Assembly: GCA_964016885.1 (NCBI GenBank)
Contig: OZ024740.1
Span: 290,656,001-290,720,000, forward strand
Direction of reading: 5' to 3'
Origin: Eledone cirrhosa
Taxonomy: Eukaryota
DNA length: 64,000 bases
Shown here: in pieces, positions 1-14,100 of the stretch
How the letters are laid out: every line of letters starts with the position of its first letter
Numbering within the stretch: the stretch's first letter is position 1
Program-made: the position numbers and the translations under genes
The notes under the pieces: model-generated
Told to the model about the DNA's origin: nothing
The model's database searches: none
The model's input: only the letters and a program-made list of their open reading frames with translations

Positions 1-3000
1 GTACCCCGTTTTTTATTTGGGTGCCCCGTTTTTTTATGGGGGGGTCCGTTTTTTATTTGGGTACCCCGTTTTTTATTTGGGTGCCCCGTTTTTTATTTGG
101 GTGCCCCGTTTTTTATTTGGGTGCCCCGTCTTTTTATTTGGGTACCCCGTTTTTTATTTGGGTGCCCCGTTTTTTATTTGGGTACCCCGTTTTTTATTTG
201 GGTGCCCCGTTTTTTATTTGGGTGCCCCGTTTTTTTATGGGGGGGTCCGTTTTTTATTTGGGTGCCCCGTTTTTTATTTGGGTGCCCCGTTTTTTATTTG
301 GGTGCCCCGTTTGTTTATTTGGGTGCCCCGTTTTTTATTTGGGTGCCCCGTTTTTTATTTGGGTGCCCCGTTTTTTATTTGGGTGCCCCGTTTTTTATTT
401 GGGTGCCCCGTTTTTTATTTGGGTGCCCCGTTTTTTTATGGGGGGGGTCCGTTTTTTATTTGGGTGCCCCGTTTGTTATTTGGGTGCCCCGTTTTTTATT
501 TGGGTGCCCCGTTTTTTTATTTGGGTACCCCGTTTTTTATTTGGGTGCCCCGTTTTTTTATGGGGGGGGGGTCCGTTTTTTATTTGGGTGCCCCGTTTTT
601 TTATGGGGGGGTCCGTTTTTTATTTGGGTGCCCCGTTTTTTTATTTGGGTGCCCCGTTTTTTTATGGGGGGTCCGTTTTTTATTTCGGTGCCCCATTTTT
701 TGATGGGGGGTCCTTTTTTTATTTGGGTGCCCCGTTTTTTATTTGGGTGCCCCGTTTTTTTATGGGGGGGGTCCGTTTTTTATTTGGGTGCCCCGTTTTT
801 TATTTGGGTGCCCCGTTCTTTATTTGGGTGCCCCGTTTTTTATTTAGGTGCCCCGTTTTTTTATGGGGGGGGGGTCCGTTTTTTATCTGGGTACCCCGTT
901 TTTTATTTGGGTACCCTGTTTTTTATTTGGGTGCACCGTTTTTTTATGGGGGTGTCCGTTTTTTATCTGGGTACCCCGTTTTTTATTTGGGTACCCCGTT
1001 TTTTATTTGGGTGCCCCGTTTTTTATTTGGGTGCCCCGTTTTTTATTTGGGTGCCCCGTTTTTTTTACGGGGGGGTCCGTTTTTTATTTGGGTGCCCCGT
1101 TTTTTTATGGGGGGGGTCCGTTTTTTATTTGGGTACCCCGTTTTTTATTTGGGTGCCCCGTTTTTTTATGGGGGGGTCCGTTTTTTTATGGGGGGGTCCG
1201 TTTTTTATTTGGGTACCCCGTTTTTTATTTGGGTGCCCCGTTTTTTATTTGGGTACCCCGTTTTTTATTTGGGTGCCCCGTTTTTTATTTGGGTGCCCCG
1301 TTTTTTTATGGGGGGGGTCCGTTTTTTGTTTGGGTGCCCCGTTTTTTATTTGGGTGCCCCGTTTTTTATTTGGGTGCCCCGTTTTTTTATTTGGGTACCC
1401 CGTTTTTTATTTGGGTGCCCCGTTTTTTTATGGGGGGGTCCGTTTTTTATTTGGGTGCCCCGTTTTTTATTTGGGTGCCCCGTTTTTTATTTGGGTGCCC
1501 CGTTTTTTATTTGGGTGCTCCGTTTTTTATTTGGGTGCCCCGTTTTTTTATGGGGGGGTCCGTTTTTTATTTGGGTGCCCCGTTTTTTATTTGGGTGCCC
1601 CGTTCTTTATTTGGGTGCCCCGTTTTTTATTTGGGTGCCCCGTTTTTTTATGGGGGGGTCCGTTTTTTATCTGGGTACCCCGTTTTTTATTTGGGTACCC
1701 CGTTTTTTATTTGGGTGCCCCGTTTTTTTATGGGGGTGTCCGTTTTTTATCTGGGTACCCCGTTTTTCATTTGGGTACCCCGTTTTTTATTTGGGTGCCC
1801 CGTTTTTTATTTGGGTGCCCCGTTTTTTTATGGGGGTCCGTTTTTTATTTCGGTGCCCCGTTTTTTGATGGGGGGGTCCGTTTTTTATTTGGGTGCCCCG
1901 TTTTTTTATGGGGGGGGTCCGTTTTTTATTTGGGTGCCCCGTTTTTTTATGGGGGGGGTCCGTTTTTTATTTGGGTGCCCCGTTTTTTATTTGGGTGCCC
2001 CGTTTTTTATTTGGGTGCTCCGTTTTTTATTTGGGTGCCCCGTTTTTTATTTGGGTGCTCCGTTTTTTATTTGGGTGCCCCGTTTTTTATTTGGGTGCCC
2101 CGTTTTTTATTTGGGTGCCCCGTTTTTTATTTGGGTGCCCCGTTTTTTTATGGGGGGGTCCGTTTTTTATTTGGGTACCCCGTTTTTTATTTGGGTGCCC
2201 CGTTTTTTATTTGGGTGCTCCGTTTTTTATTTGGGTGCCCCGTTTTTTATTTGGGTGCCCCGTTTTTTATTTGGGTGCTCCGTTTTTTATTTGGGTGCCC
2301 CGTTTTTTATTTGGGTGCCCCGTTTTTTTATGGGGGGGTCCGTTTTTTATTTGGATACCCCGTTTTTTATTTGGGTGCCCCGTTTTTTTATCGGGGGGGT
2401 CCGTTTTTTATCTGGGTACCCCGTTTTTTATTTGGGTACCCCGTTTTTTATTTGGGTGCCCGGTTTTTTTATGGAGAGGGTCCGTTTTTTATTTGGTTGC
2501 CCCGTTTTTTTATGGGGGGGTCCGTTTTTTATTTGGATACCCCGTTTTTTATTTGGGTGCCCCGTTTTTTTATGGGGGTGTCCGTTTTTTATTTGGGTGC
2601 CCCGTTTTTTATTTGGGTGCCCCGTTTTTTATTTGGGTGCCCCGTTTTTTATTTGGGTGCCCCGTTTTTTTATGGGGGGGGTCCGTTTTTTAATTGGGTG
2701 CCCCGTTTTTTTATTTGGGTACCCCGTTTTTTATTTGGGTGCCCCGTTTTTTTATGGGGGGGTCCGTTTTTTATTTGGGTACCCCGTTTTTTATTTGGGT
2801 GCCCCGTTTTTTATTTGGGTGCCCCGTTTTTTATTTGGGTGCCCCGTTCTTTTATTTGGGTGCCCCGTTTTTCATTTGGGTGCCCCGTTTTTTATTTGGG
2901 TGCCCCGTTTTTTTATGGGGGGTCCGTTCTTTATTTGGGTGCCCCGTTTTTTTATGGGGGGGTCCGTTTTTTAATTGGGTGCCCCGTTTTTTATTTGGGT

Positions 3001-4239
3001 GCCCCGTTTTTTATTTGGGTGCCCCGTTTTTTTATGGGGGGGTACGTTTTTTATTTGGGTGCCCCGTTTTTTTATGGGGGGGTCCGTTTTTTAATTGGGT
3101 GCCCCGTTTTTTATTTGGGTGCCCCGTTTTTTATTTGGGTGCCCCGTTTTTTTATGGGGGGGGTCCGTTTTTTATTTGGGTGCCCCGTTTTTTATTTGGG
3201 TGCCCCGTTTTTTTATTTGGGTACCCCGTTTTTTATTTGGGTGCCCCGTTTTTTTATGGGGGGGTCCGTTTTTTATTTGGGTACCCCGTTTTTTATTTGG
3301 GTGCCCCGTTTTTTATTTGGGTGCCCCGTTTTTTATTTGGGTGCCCCGTCTTTTTATTTGGGTACCCCGTTTTTTATTTGGGTGCCCCGTTTTTTATTTG
3401 GGTGCCCCGTTTTTTATTTGGGTGCCCCGTTTTTTATTTGGGTGCCCCGTTTTTTTATGGGGGGGTCCGTTTTTTAATTGGGTGCCCCGTTTTTTATTTG
3501 GGTGCCCCGTTTTTTATTTGGGTGCCCCGTTTTTTTATGGGGGGGGGGTCCGTTTTTTATTTGGGTGCCCCGTTTTTTATTTGGGTGCCCCGTTTTTTAT
3601 TTGGGTGCCCCGTTTGTTTATTTGGGTGCCCCGTTTTTTATTTGGGTGCCCCGTTTTTTATTTGGGTGCCCCGTTTTTTATTTGGGTGCCCCGTTTTTTT
3701 ATGGGGGGGGGCCGTTTTTTATTTGGGTGCCCCGTTTTTTATTTGGGTGCCCCGTTTTTTATTTGGGTGCCCCGTTTTTTTATTTGGGTGCACCGTTTTT
3801 TTATGGGGGGGTCCGTTTTTTATTTGGGTGCCCCTTTTTTTATTTGGGTGCCCCGTTTTTTATTTGGGTGCCCCGTTTTTTTATTTGGGTACCCCGTTTT
3901 TTATTTGGGTGCCCCGTTTTTTTATGGGGGGGGTCCGTTTTTTATTTGGGTACCCCGTTTTTTATTTGGGTGCCCCGTTTTTTATTTGGGTGCCCCTTTT
4001 TTTATTTGGGTGCCCCGTTTTTTATTTGGGTGCCCCGTTTTTTTATTTGGGTACCCCGTTTTTTATTTGGGTGCCCCGTTTTTTATGGGGGGGGGTCCGT
4101 TTTTTATTTGGGTACCCCGTTTTTTATTTGGGTGCCCCGTTTTTTATTTGGGTGCCCCGTTTTTTATTTGGGTGCCCCGTTTTTTATTTGGGTGCCCCGT
4201 TTTTTATTTGGGTGCCCCGTTTTTTTATTTGGGTGCCCG

Positions 4240-7200
4240 TTTTTTATTTGGGTGCCCCGTTTTTTTATGGGGGGGTCCGTTTTTTAATTGGGTGCCCCGT
4301 TTTTTATTTGGGTGCCCCGTTTTTTATTTGGGTGCCCCGTTTTTTTATGGGGGGGGTCCGTTTTTTATTTGGGTGCCCCGTTTTTTATTTGGGTGCCCCG
4401 TTTTTTATTTGGGTGCCCCGTTTGTTTATTTGGGTGCCCCGTTTTTTATTTGGGTGCCCCGTTTTTTATTTGGGTGCCCCGTCTTTTATTTGGGTGCCCC
4501 GTTTTTTTATTTGGGTACCCCGTTTTTTATTTGGGTGCCCCGTTTTTTTATGGGGGGGGGCCGTTTTTTATTTGGGTACCCCGTTTTTTATTTGGGTGCC
4601 CCGTTTTTTATTTGGGTGCCCCGTTTTTAATTTGGGTGCCCCGTTTGTTTATTTGGGTGCCCCGTTTTTTATTTGGGTGCCCCGTTTTTTATTTGGGTGC
4701 CCCGTTTTTTATTTGGGTGCCCCGTTTTTTATTTGGGTGCCCCGTTTTTTATTTGGGTGCCCCGTTTTTTTATGGGGGGGGGTCCGTTTTTTATTTGGGT
4801 GCCCCGTTTTTTATTTGGGTGCCCCGTTTTTTATTTGGGTGCCCCGTTTTTTTATTTGGGTACCCCGTTTTTTATTTGGGTGCCCCGTTTTTTTATGGGG
4901 GGGGCGTTTTTTATTTGGGTACCCCGTTTTTTATTTGGGTGCCCCGTTTTTTATTTGGGTGCCCCGTTTTTTATTTGGGTGCCCCGTTTTTTATTTGGGT
5001 GCCCCGTTTGTTTATTTGGGTGCCCCGTTTTTTATTTGGGTGCCCCGTTTTTTATTTGGGTGCCCCGTTTTTTATTTGGGTGCCCCGTTTTTTATTTGGG
5101 TGCCCCGTTTTTTATTTGGGTGCCCCGTTTTTTTATGGGGGGGTCCGTTTTTTATTTGGGTACCCCGTTTTTTATTTGGGTGCCCCGTTTTTTATTTGGG
5201 TGCCCCGTTTTTTTATGGGGGGGGGTCCGTTTTTTATTTGGGTGCCCCGTGTTTTATTTGGGTGCCCCGTTTTTTATTTGGGTGCCCCGTTTTTTTATTT
5301 GGGTACCCCGTTTTTTATTTGGGTGCCCCGTTCTTTTATGGGGGGGGTCCGTTTTTTATTTGGGTGCCCCGTTTTTTTATGGGGGGGGTCCGTTTTTTAT
5401 TTGGGTGCCCCGTTTTTTTATGGGGGGGTCCGTTTTTTATTTGGGTGCCCCGTTTTCTTATGGGGGGTCCGTTTTTTATTTCGGTGCCCCGTTTTTTGAT
5501 GGGGGGTCCGTTTTTTATTTGGGTGCCCCGTTTTTTATTTGGGTGCCCCGTTTTTTTATGGGGGGGTCCGTTTTTTATTTGGGTGCCCCGTTTTTTATTT
5601 GGGTGCCCCGTTTTTTATTTGGGTGCCCCGTTTTTTTATTTGGGTACCCCGTTTTTTATTTGGGTGCCCCGTTCTTTTATGGGGGGGTCCGTTTTTTATT
5701 TGGGTGCCCCGTTTTTTTATGGGGGGGTCCGTTTTTTATTTGGGTGCCCCGTTTTTTTATGGGGGGGGTCCGTTTTTTATTTGGGTGCCCCGTTTTTTTA
5801 TGGGGGGTCCGTTTTTTATTTCGGTGCCCCGTTTTTTGATGGGGGGTCCGTTTTTTATTTGGGTGCTCCGTTTTTTATTTGGGTGCCCCGTTTTTTTATG
5901 GGGGGGGGTCCGTTTTTTATTTGGGTACCCCGTTTTTTATTTGGGTGCCCCGTTTTTTTATGGGGGGGTCCGTTTTTTATTTGGGTGCCCCGTTTTTTAT
6001 TTGGGTGCCCCGTTTTTTATTTGGGTACCCCGTTTTTTATTTGGGTGCCCCGTTTTTTATTTGGGTGCCCCGTTTTTTTATGGGGGGGTCCGTTTTTTAA
6101 TTGGGTGCCCCGTTTTTTATTTGGGTGCCCCGTTTTTTATTTGGGTGCCCCGTTTTTTTATGGGGGGGGTCCGTTTTTTATTTGGGTGCCCCGTTTTTTA
6201 TTTGGGTGCCCCGTTTTTTATTTGGGTGCCCCGTTTGTTTATTTGGGTGCCCCGTTTTTTATTTGGGTGCCCCGTTTTTTATTTGGGTGCCCCGTCTTTT
6301 ATTTGGGTGCCCCGTTTTTTTATTTGGGTACCCCGTTTTTTATTTGGGTGCCCCGTTTTTTTATGGGGGGGGGCCGTTTTTTATTTGGGTACCCCGTTTT
6401 TTATTTGGGTGCCCCGTTTTTTATTTGGGTGCCCCGTTTTTAATTTGGGTGCCCCGTTTGTTTATTTGGGTGCCCCGTTTTTTATTTGGGTGCCCCGTTT
6501 TTTATTTGGGTGCCCCGTTTTTTATTTGGGTGCCCCGTTTTTTATTTGGGTGCCCCGTTTTTTATTTGGGTGCCCCGTTTTTTTATGGGGGGGGGTCCGT
6601 TTTTTATTTGGGTGCCCCGTTTTTTATTTGGGTGCCCCGTTTTTTATTTGGGTGCCCCGTTTTTTTATTTGGGTACCCCGTTTTTTATTTGGGTGCCCCG
6701 TTTTTTTATGGGGGGGGCGTTTTTTATTTGGGTACCCCGTTTTTTATTTGGGTGCCCCGTTTTTTATTTGGGTGCCCCGTTTTTTATTTGGGTGCCCCGT
6801 TTTTTATTTGGGTGCCCCGTTTGTTTATTTGGGTGCCCCGTTTTTTATTTGGGTGCCCCGTTTTTTATTTGGGTGCCCCGTTTTTTATTTGGGTGCCCCG
6901 TTTTTTATTTGGGTGCCCCGTTTTTTATTTGGGTGCCCCGTTTTTTTATGGGGGGGTCCGTTTTTTATTTGGGTACCCCGTTTTTTATTTGGGTGCCCCG
7001 TTTTTTATTTGGGTGCCCCGTTTTTTTATGGGGGGGGTCCGTTTTTTATTTGGGTGCCCCGTGTTTTATTTGGGTGCCCCGTTTTTTATTTGGGTGCCCC
7101 GTTTTTTTATTTGGGTACCCCGTTTTTTATTTGGGTGCCCCGTTCTTTTATGGGGGGGTCCGTTTTTTATTTGGGTGCCCCGTTTTTTTATGGGGGGGGT

Positions 7201-7910
7201 CCGTTTTTTATTTGGGTGCCCCGTTTTTTTATGGGGGGGTCCGTTTTTTATTTGGGTGCCCCGTTTTCTTATGGGGGGTCCGTTTTTTATTTCGGTGCCC
7301 CGTTTTTTGATGGGGGGTCCGTTTTTTATTTGGGTGCCCCGTTTTTTATTTGGGTGCCCCGTTTTTTTATGGGGGGGTCCGTTTTTTATTTGGGTGCCCC
7401 GTTTTTTATTTGGGTGCCCCGTTTTTTATTTGGGTGCCCCGTTTTTTTATTTGGGTACCCCGTTTTTTATTTGGGTGCCCCGTTCTTTTATGGGGGGGTC
7501 CGTTTTTTATTTGGGTGCCCCGTTTTTTTATGGGGGGGTCCGTTTTTTATTTGGGTGCCCCGTTTTTTTATGGGGGGGGTCCGTTTTTTATTTGGGTGCC
7601 CCGTTTTTTTATGGGGGGTCCGTTTTTTATTTCGGTGCCCCGTTTTTTGATGGGGGGTCCGTTTTTTATTTGGGTGCTCCGTTTTTTATTTGGGTGCCCC
7701 GTTTTTTTATGGGGGGGGGTCCGTTTTTTATTTGGGTACCCCGTTTTTTATTTGGGTGCCCCGTTTTTTTATGGGGGGGTCCGTTTTTTATTTGGGTGCC
7801 CCGTTTTTTATTTGGGTGCCCCGTTTTTTATTTGGGTACCCCGTTTTTTATTTGGGTGCCCCGTTTTTTATTTGGGTGCCCCGTTTTTTTATGGGGGGTC
7901 CGTTTTTTAA
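4240..7910. repeat. Tandem higher-order duplication, period ~1813 bp (2 copies)
   Basis: Shared rare variants: GTCTTTT at 4481/6294, GTTTTTAATTT at 4623/6436, GTGTTTT at 5249/7061 and CGTTTTCTTA at 5451/7262. ORFs at 4288/6101 and 4673/6486 start identically. Confidence 0.92.
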
Positions 7911-10730
7911 TTGTGTGCCGCGTTTTTTATTTGGGTGCCCCGTTTTTTATTTGGGTGCCCCGTTTTTTTATGGGGGGGGGTCCGTTTTTTATTTGGGTGC
8001 CCCGTTTTTTATTTGGGTGCCCCGTTTTTTATTTGGGTGTCCCGTTTTTTTATTTGGGTACCCCGTTTTTTATTTGGGTGCCCCGTTTTTTATTTGGGTA
8101 CCCCGTTTTTTATTTGGGTGCACCGTTTTTTATTTGGGTGCCCCGTTTTTTATTTGGGTGCCCCGTTTTTTATTTGGGTGCCCCGTTTTTTTATTTGGGT
8201 GCCCCGTTTTTTTATGGGGGGGGTCCGTTTTTTATTTGGGTACCCCGTTTTTTATTTGGGTACCCCGTTTTTTATTTGGGTACCCCGTTTTTTATTTGGG
8301 TGCCCCGTTTTTTTATGGGGGGGGTCCGTTTTTTATTTGGGTGCCCCGTTTTTTATTTGGGTGCCCCGTTTTTTATTTGGGTGCCCCGTTTTTTTATGGG
8401 GGGTCCGTTTTTTAATTGGGTGCCCCGTTTTTTATTTGGGTGCCCCGTTTTTTTATGGGGGGGTCCGTTTTTTATTTGGGTGCCCCGTTTTTTATTTGGG
8501 TGCCCCGTTTTTTATTTGGGTGCCCCGTTTTTTTATTTGGGTACCCCGTTTTTTATTTGGGTGCCCCGTTTTTTTATGGGGGGGTCCGTTTTTTATTTGG
8601 GTACCCCGTTTTTTATTTGGGTGCCCCGTTTTTTATTTGGGTGTCCCGTTTTTTTATGGGGGGGGGTCCGTTTTTTATTTGGGTGCCCCGTTTTTTATTT
8701 GGGTGCCCCGTTTTTTATTTGGGTGCCCCGTTTTTTTATTTGGGTACCCCGTTTTTTATTTGGGTGCCCCGTTTTTTTATGGGGGGGTCCGTTTTTTATT
8801 TGGGTGCCCCGTTTTTTATTTGGGTGCCCCGTTTTTTTATTTGGGTGCCCCGTTTTTTATTTGGGTGCCCCGTTTTTTTATTTGGGTACCCCGTTTTTTA
8901 TTTGGGTGCCCCGTTCTTTTATGGGGGGGTCCGTTTTTTATTTGGGTGCCCCGTTTTTTTATGGGGGGGGTCCGTTTTTTATTTGGGTGCCCCGTTTTTT
9001 TATGGGGGGGTCCGTTTTTTATTTGGGTGCCCCGTTTTCTTATGGGGGGTCCGTTTTTTATTTCGGTGCCCCGTTTTTTGATGGGGGGTCCGTTTTTTAT
9101 TTGGGTGCCCCGTTTTTTATTTGGGTGCCCCGTTTTTTTATGGGGGGGTCCGTTTTTTATTTGGGTGCCCCGTTTTTTATTTGGGTGCCCCGTTTTTTAT
9201 TTGGGTGCCCCGTTTTTTTATTTGGGTACCCCGTTTTTTATTTGGGTGCCCCGTTCTTTTATGGGGGGGTCCGTTTTTTATTTGGGTGCCCCGTTTTTTT
9301 ATGGGGGGGTCCGTTTTTTATTTGGGTGCCCCGTTTTTTTATGGGGGGGGTCCGTTTTTTATTTGGGTGCCCCGTTTTTTTATGGGGGGTCCGTTTTTTA
9401 TTTCGGTGCCCCGTTTTTTGATGGGGGGTCCGTTTTTTATTTGGGTGCTCCGTTTTTTATTTGGGTGCCCCGTTTTTTTATGGGGGGGGTCCGTTTTTTA
9501 TTTGGGTACCCCGTTTTTTATTTGGGTGCCCCGTTTTTTTATGGGGGGGTCCGTTTTTTATTTGGGTGCCCCGTTTTTTATTTGGGTGCCCCGTTTTTTA
9601 TTTGGGTACCCCGTTTTTTATTTGGGTGCCCCGTTTTTTATTTGGGTGCCCCGTTTTTTTATGGGGGGGTCCGTTTTTTAATTGTGTGCCGCGTTTTTTA
9701 TTTGGGTGCCCCGTTTTTTATTTGGGTGCCCCGTTTTTTTATGGGGGGGGTCCGTTTTTTATTTGGGTGCCCCGTTTTTTATTTGGGTGCCCCGTTTTTT
9801 ATTTGGGTGCCCCGTTTTTTTATTTGGGTACCCCGTTTTTTATTTGGGTGCCCCGTTTTTTATTTGGGTACCCCGTTTTTTATTTGGGTGCACCGTTTTT
9901 TATTTGGGTGCCCCGTTTTTTTATGGGGGGGTCCGTTTTTTATTTGGGTGCCCCGTTTTTTATTTGGGTGCCCCGTTTTTTATTTGGGTGCCCCGTTTTT
10001 TATTTGGGTGCCCCGTTTTTTATTTGGGTGCCCCGTTTTTTATTTGGGTGCCCCGTTTTTTTATTTGGGTGCCCCGTTTTTTTATGGGGGGGGTCCGTTT
10101 TTTATTTGGGTACCCCGTTTTTTATTTGGGTACCCCGTTTTTTATTTGGGTACCCCGTTTTTTATTTGGGTGCCCCGTTTTTTTATGGGGGGGGGTCCGT
10201 TTTTTATTTGGGTGCCCCGTTTTTTATTTGGGTGCCCCGTTTTTTATTTGGGTGCCCCGTTTTTTTATGGGGGGTCCGTTTTTTAATTGGGTGCCCCGTT
10301 TTTTATTTGGGTGCCCCGTTTTTTTATGGGGGGGTCCGTTTTTTATTTGGGTGCCCCGTTTTTTATTTGGGTGCCCCGTTTTTTATTTGGGTGCCCCGTT
10401 TTTTTATTTGGGTACCCCGTTTTTTATTTGGGTGCCCCGTTTTTTTATGGGGGGGTCCGTTTTTTATTTGGGTACCCCGTTTTTTATTTGGGTGCCCCGT
10501 TTTTTATTTGGGTGCCCCGTTTTTTTATGGGGGGGGGTCCGTTTTTTATTTGGGTGCCCCGTTTTTTATTTGGGTGCCCCGTTTTTTATTTGGGTGCCCC
10601 GTTTTTTTATTTGGGTACCCCGTTTTTTATTTGGGTGCCCCGTTTTTTTATGGGGGGGTCCGTTTTTTATTTGGGTGCCCCGTTTTTTATTTGGGTGCCC
10701 CGTTTTTTTATTTGGGTGCCCCGTTTTTTA
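7090..10730. repeat. Tandem higher-order duplication, period 1771 bp, rising to 1871 bp after a 5-monomer indel
   Basis: TTGTGTGCCGCG at 7911/9682 and CGTTCTTTTA at 7141/8912. ORF pairs 7350/9121 and 7690/9461 are offset by 1771, and 8416/10287 by 1871. Confidence 0.9.
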
Positions 10731-11169
10731 TTTGGGTGCCCCGTTTGTTTATTTGGGTACCCCGTTTTTTATTTGGGTGCCCCGTTTTTTATTTGGGTGC
10801 CCCGTTTTTTTATGGGGGGTCCGTTTTTTAATTGGGTGCCCCGTTTTTTATTTGGGTGCCACGTTTTTTATTTGGGGGCCCCGTTTTTTTATGGGGGGGT
10901 CCGTTTTTTATTTGGGTGCCCCGTTTTTTATTTGGGTGCCCCGTTTTTTATTTGGGTGCCCCGTTTTTTTATGGGGGGGTCCGTTTTTTAATTGGGTGCC
11001 CCGTTTTTTATTTGGGTGCCCCGTTTTTTATTTGGGTGCCCCGTTTTTTTATGGGGGGGTCCGTTTTTTATTTGGGTGCCCCGTTTTTTATTTGGGTGCC
11101 CCGTTTTTTATTTGGGTGCCCCGTTTTTTTATTTGGGTACCCCGTTTTTTATTTGGGTGCCCCGTTTTT

Positions 11170-14100
11170 TTATGGGGGGGTCCGTTTTTTATTTGGCTGC
11201 CCCGTTTTTTATTTGGGTGCCCCGTTTTTTATTTGGGTACCCCGTTTTTTATTTGGGTGCCCCGTTTTTTATTTGGGTGCCCCGTTTTTTTATGGGGGGG
11301 TCCGTTTTTTATTTGGGTGCCCCGTTTTTTATTTGGGTGCCCCGTTTTTTATTTGGGTGCCCCGTTTTTTATTTGGGTGCCCCGTTTTTTATTTGGGTGC
11401 CCCGTTTTTTATTTGGGTGCCCCGTTTTTTTATTTGGGTGCCCCGTTTTTTATTTGGGTGCCCCGTTTGTTTATTTGGGTACCCCGTTTTTTATTTGGGT
11501 GCCCCGTTTTTTTATGGGGGGGGTCCGTTTTTTATTTGGGTACCCCGTTTTTTATTTGGGTACCCCGTTTTTTATTTGGGTACCCCGTTTTTTATTTGGG
11601 TGCCCCGTTTTTTATTTGGGTGCCCCGTTTTTTATTTGGGTGCCCCGTTTTTTATTTGGGTGCCCCGTTTTTTTATTTGGGTGCCCCGTTTTTTATTTGG
11701 GTGCCCCGTTTTTTTTATGGGGGGGTCCGTTTTTTAATTGGGTGCCCCGTTTTTTATTTGGGTGCCCCGTTTTTTATTTGGGTGCCCCGTTTTTTTATGG
11801 GGGGGGTCCGTTTTTTATTTGGGTGCCCCGTTTTTTATTTGGGTGCCCCGTTTTTTATTTGGGTGCCCCGTTTGTTTATTTGGGTGCCCCGTTTTTTATT
11901 TGGGTGCCCCGTTTTTTATTTGGGTGCCCCGTTTTTTATTTGGGTGCCCCGTTTTTTATTTGGGTGCCCCGTTTTTTTTATGGGGGGGGTCCGTTTTTTA
12001 TTTGGGTGCCCCGTTTTTTATTTGGGTGCCCCGTTTTTTTATGGGGGGGTCCGTTTTTTATTTGGGTGCCCCGTTTTTTATTTGGGTGCCCCGTTTTTTT
12101 ATGGGGGTCCGTTTTTTATTTCGGTGCCCCGTTTTTTATTTGGGTGCCTCGTTTTTTATTTGGGTGCCCCGTTTTTTTATGGGGGGGGGGTCCGTTTTTT
12201 ATTTGGGTGCCCCGTTTTTTATTTGGGTGCCCCGTTTTTTATTTGGGTGCCCCGTTTTTTTATGGGGGGGGTCCGTTTTTTATTTGGGTGCCCCGTTTTT
12301 TATTTGGGTGCCCCGTTTTTTGATGGGGGGGTCCGTTTTTTATTTGGGTGCCCCGTTTTTTATTTGGGTGCCCCGTTTTTTTATGGGGGGTCCGTTTTTT
12401 ATTTCGGTGCCCCGTTTTTTGATGGGGGGTCCGTTTTTTATTTGGGTACCCCGTTTTTTATTTGGGTGCCCCGTTTTTTTATGGGGGGGTCCGTTTTTTT
12501 TTGGATACCCCGTTTATTATTTGGGTGCCCCGTTTTTTGATGGGGGGGGTCCGTTTATTATCTGGGTACCCCGTTTTTTATTTGGGTGCCCCGTTTTTTA
12601 TTTGGGTGCTCCGTTTTTTATTTGGGTGCCCCGTTTTTTATTTGGGTGCCCCGTTTTTTTATGGGGGGGTTGGTTTTTTATTTGGGTGCCCCGTTTTTTT
12701 ATGGTGGGGTCCGTTTTTTATTTGGGTGCCCCGTTTTTTATTTGGGTGCTCCGTTTTTTATTTGGGTGCTCCGTTTTTTATTTCGGTGCCCCGTTTTTTG
12801 ATGGGGGGGTCCGTTTTTTATTTGGGTGCCCCGTTTTTTATTTGGGTGCCCCGTTTTTTTATGGGGGGGGTCCGTTTTTTATTTGGGTGCCCCGTTTCTT
12901 ATTTGGGTGCCCCGTTTTTTATTTGGGTGCTCCGTTTTTTATTTGGGTGCCCCGTTTTTTATTTGGGTGCCCCGTTTTTTTATGGGGGGGTCCGTTTTTT
13001 ATTTGGGTGCCTCGTTTTTTATTTGGGTGCCCCGTTTTTTATTTGGGTGCCCCGTTTTTTATTTGGGTGCCCCGTTTTTTTATGGGGGGGTCCGTTTTTT
13101 ATTTGGGTGCCCCGTTGTTTTATGGGGGGGTCCGTTTTTTATTTGGCTGCCCCGTTTTTTATTTGGGTGCCCCGTTTTTTATTTGGGTACCCCGTTTTTT
13201 ATTTGGGTGCCCCGTTTTTTATTTGGGTGCCCCGTTTTTTTATGGGGGGGTCCGTTTTTTATTTGGGTGCCCCGTTTTTTATTTGGGTGCCCCGTTTTTT
13301 ATTTGGGTGCCCCGTTTTTTATTTGGGTGCCCCGTTTTTTATTTGGGTGCCCCGTTTTTTATTTGGGTGCCCCGTTTTTTTATTTGGGTGCCCCGTTTTT
13401 TATTTGGGTGCCCCGTTTGTTTATTTGGGTACCCCGTTTTTTATTTGGGTGCCCCGTTTTTTTATGGGGGGGGTCCGTTTTTTATTTGGGTACCCCGTTT
13501 TTTATTTGGGTACCCCGTTTTTTATTTGGGTACCCCGTTTTTTATTTGGGTGCCCCGTTTTTTATTTGGGTGCCCCGTTTTTTATTTGGGTGCCCCGTTT
13601 TTTATTTGGGTGCCCCGTTTTTTTATTTGGGTGCCCCGTTTTTTATTTGGGTGCCCCGTTTTTTTATGGGGGGGTCCGTTTTTTAATTGGGTGCCCCGTT
13701 TTTTATTTGGGTGCCCCGTTTTTTATTTGGGTGCCCCGTTTTTTTATGGGGGGGGTCCGTTTTTTATTTGGGTGCCCCGTTTTTTATTTGGGTGCCCCGT
13801 TTTTTATTTGGGTGCCCCGTTTGTTTATTTGGGTGCCCCGTTTTTTATTTGGGTGCCCCGTTTTTTATTTGGGTGCCCCGTTTTTTATTTGGGTGCCCCG
13901 TTTTTTATTTGGGTGCCCCGTTTTTTTATGGGGGGGGTCCGTTTTTTATTTGGGTGCCCCGTTTTTTATTTGGGTGCCCCGTTTTTTTATGGGGGGGTCC
14001 GTTTTTTATTTGGGTGCCCCGTTTTTTATTTGGGTGCCCCGTTTTTTTATGGGGGTCCGTTTTTTATTTCGGTGCCCCGTTTTTTATTTGGGTGCCTCGT

